Below are positions 18,150 to 19,610 of a stretch of DNA of 19,610 nucleotides, piece after piece (position 1 is the first letter of the stretch; every line of letters starts with the position of its first letter). Both the position numbers and the translations under genes were made by a program. A model generated the notes under the pieces. It did no database searches. It saw only the letters and a program-made list of their open reading frames with translations, and was not told the origin of the DNA. This DNA comes from Armatimonadota bacterium (lineage in GTDB: Bacteria > Armatimonadota > Armatimonadia > Armatimonadales > Armatimonadaceae), in NCBI GenBank assembly GCA_043754515.1, contig JAYUUO010000008.1, positions 1 to 19,610 of the forward strand, in the 5' to 3' direction.

Positions 18150-19286
18150 CTACTGGAGAGCCTGCTCAAGATCGGCGATCAAGTCGTCAATGTGCTCGAT
18201 GCCGACCGACACGCGTATCAGGTCGGGCGTGATCCCGAGTTTGACGCGGACCTCCTCTGGCATGGAAAGGTGTGTCATCGTCCACGGTTGCTCGATCAGC
18301 GACTCGACCCCGCCCAGCGACTCCGCGAGCACGAACAGTTTCGTTCGTGTCAGAACGCGCTCCGGGAGGGTGGGGTCTTTGAACCGGAACGAGAACGTGC
18401 CGCCGAACCCGGTCATCTGGCGCACAGCCAGTTCGTGCTGGGGATGCGAGGACAGGCCGGGATGAAGCACCGTGGCGACCGACGGATGCTCGGTCAGCCA
18501 GTGCGCGAGCGACAACGCGTTCCGGTTGTGTGCCTCCATCCGGACCGCCAGCGTTTTAATGCCGCGCAGTGTCAGAAAGCAGTCGAAGGGGGCCTGCGCG
18601 GTACCCATGGCGTTCTGGAGCATTCCTATCTTCGCGCCCAGCTCCGCGTTCTTCGTGATCGCCGCGCCCGCCACGACGTCCGAGTGGCCGTTTATGTACT
18701 TCGTCGTCGAGTGCATAACGACGTCAATGCCCAGATCGAGCGGCTTTTGATAAAACGGCGACATGAACGTGTTGTCGCAGAAGGTCACCACGTCCGATGC
18801 GCGGGCGATTTCGGCGATGGCCGCGAGGTCGAGCAGGTTCATCAGCGGGTTCGTAGGCGTTTCCGCCCAGATGCCTTTCGTCACGCCGGGGCGTATCGCG
18901 GCGCGGAGCGCGTCCGGGTCACGTAGATTCACGAACTCAACGGCAATGCCTTTCGGGGCGAGCACCGACACCAACAAGCGGTAAGTCCCGCCGTACAGGT
19001 CGTCGTGGACGATCAGGTGGTCGCCCGCGTTGAACATCGAGAGCAAGGTCGCGGTCGCGGCCATCCCGGTCGCGAACGCGTAGCCGTGGGTGCCATTCTC
19101 TAGCGCGGCGAGGCAGACCTCCAGTGCGCGGCGAGTGGGATTGCCGGAGCGGGTATAGTCGAAAGTCCCCGGCTTGTTGTAGTCCTCGAAGGCGAAGGTG
19201 GACACCTGATAGATCGGCGTCATTACCGCGCCGTAGGCAGGGTCGGGACCCTGACCGGCGTGAATGGCGAGCGTTTCAAACTTCAT
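18150..19286 (-). CDS. Cys/Met metabolism PLP-dependent enzyme (cystathionine gamma-synthase or gamma-lyase)
   Basis: ETLAIHAGQ, YTRSGNPT, LYGGTYR, ETPTNP, DNTF, PLP lysine in HSTTKYINGHSD, AESLGGVESL, IRVSVGIE. MetB versus MccB/MetC cannot be resolved by eye. Confidence 0.95.
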   Translation of the reverse strand: MKFETLAIHAGQGPDPAYGAVMTPIYQVSTFAFEDYNKPGTFDYTRSGNPTRRALEVCLAALENGTHGYAFATGMAATATLLSMFNAGDHLIVHDDLYGGTYRLLVSVLAPKGIAVEFVNLRDPDALRAAIRPGVTKGIWAETPTNPLMNLLDLAAIAEIARASDVVTFCDNTFMSPFYQKPLDLGIDVVMHSTTKYINGHSDVVAGAAITKNAELGAKIGMLQNAMGTAQAPFDCFLTLRGIKTLAVRMEAHNRNALSLAHWLTEHPSVATVLHPGLSSHPQHELAVRQMTGFGGTFSFRFKDPTLPERVLTRTKLFVLAESLGGVESLIEQPWTMTHLSMPEEVRVKLGITPDLIRVSVGIEHIDDLIADLEQALQ

Positions 19287-19325
19287 GATGCGACTACTGT
19301 ATCATACGACCTGCCCGTCTCGCCT

Positions 19326-19610
19326 TCACACGTCGGCGCGTGATTCCTGTCTGAAGCGGAGCATCTGGACGTAGGTCGCATGCTCGTCACAGTGGTCACA
19401 CAGCGACCGCCACAGTAGAGGGTGGGGGAGGGAGTCCGGGTGAGCCGCGCGAACGAGGCCGAACGCTTCCAGCAGACTCATGCCTTCGACCTCCTTTATC
19501 GCGGCCACGGAACGGCTGACGCCCGCGCCGCACGCGATCAGCGTCACATTACCGGCGTCGTGCTGTTCCTTGACGAACGCCGTTGATTTTTCGAGAACGC
19601 CCGGCGGTAG
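19326..19610 (-). CDS. Dual-specificity protein phosphatase family protein (5' end outside the window)
   Basis: Frame is open to the window edge: LPPGVLEKSTAFVKEQHDAGNVTLIACGAGVSRS, containing the CX5R P-loop. Confidence 0.8.
   Translation of the reverse strand, partial: LPPGVLEKSTAFVKEQHDAGNVTLIACGAGVSRSVAAIKEVEGMSLLEAFGLVRAAHPDSLPHPLLWRSLCDHCDEHATYVQMLRFRQESRADV

Noticed and set aside
17873..18465. ORFs crossing the metB-SPFH intergenic region (98 aa minus strand, 191 aa plus strand)
   Set aside because: Arg/Pro/Gly-rich low-information translations that overlap real genes.

Overview
GC-rich bacterial window, probably from a diderm since it encodes a TolC-type outer membrane factor. The left flank has intact genes: ftsH (5'-truncated by the window edge), a small acidic hypothetical gene, panC, a GT4 glycosyltransferase coupled to an O-antigen-ligase-like protein, and glycerate kinase. 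The right flank has a PafA-type alkaline phosphatase, a three-gene operon (membrane Zn-ribbon protein plus two SPFH/band-7 paralogues), a Cys/Met PLP enzyme and a partial dual-specificity phosphatase. Between them (about 7.7-13.7 kb) is a decaying CzcCBA/CusCBA-type RND efflux module behind a LytS/LytTR two-component pair. The most striking signal is inside the czcA-like gene: a 37-bp stretch of its own coding sequence is duplicated (36/37 identical) around a 34-bp insert. This is the repeat-spacer-repeat geometry of a CRISPR spacer integrated off-target, and it frameshifts the gene. The same gene is cut at about residue 346 and joined in frame to a TPR protein tail. No cas genes, transposases, tRNA or rRNA genes were recognised. 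All calls come from motif reading, not database searches.
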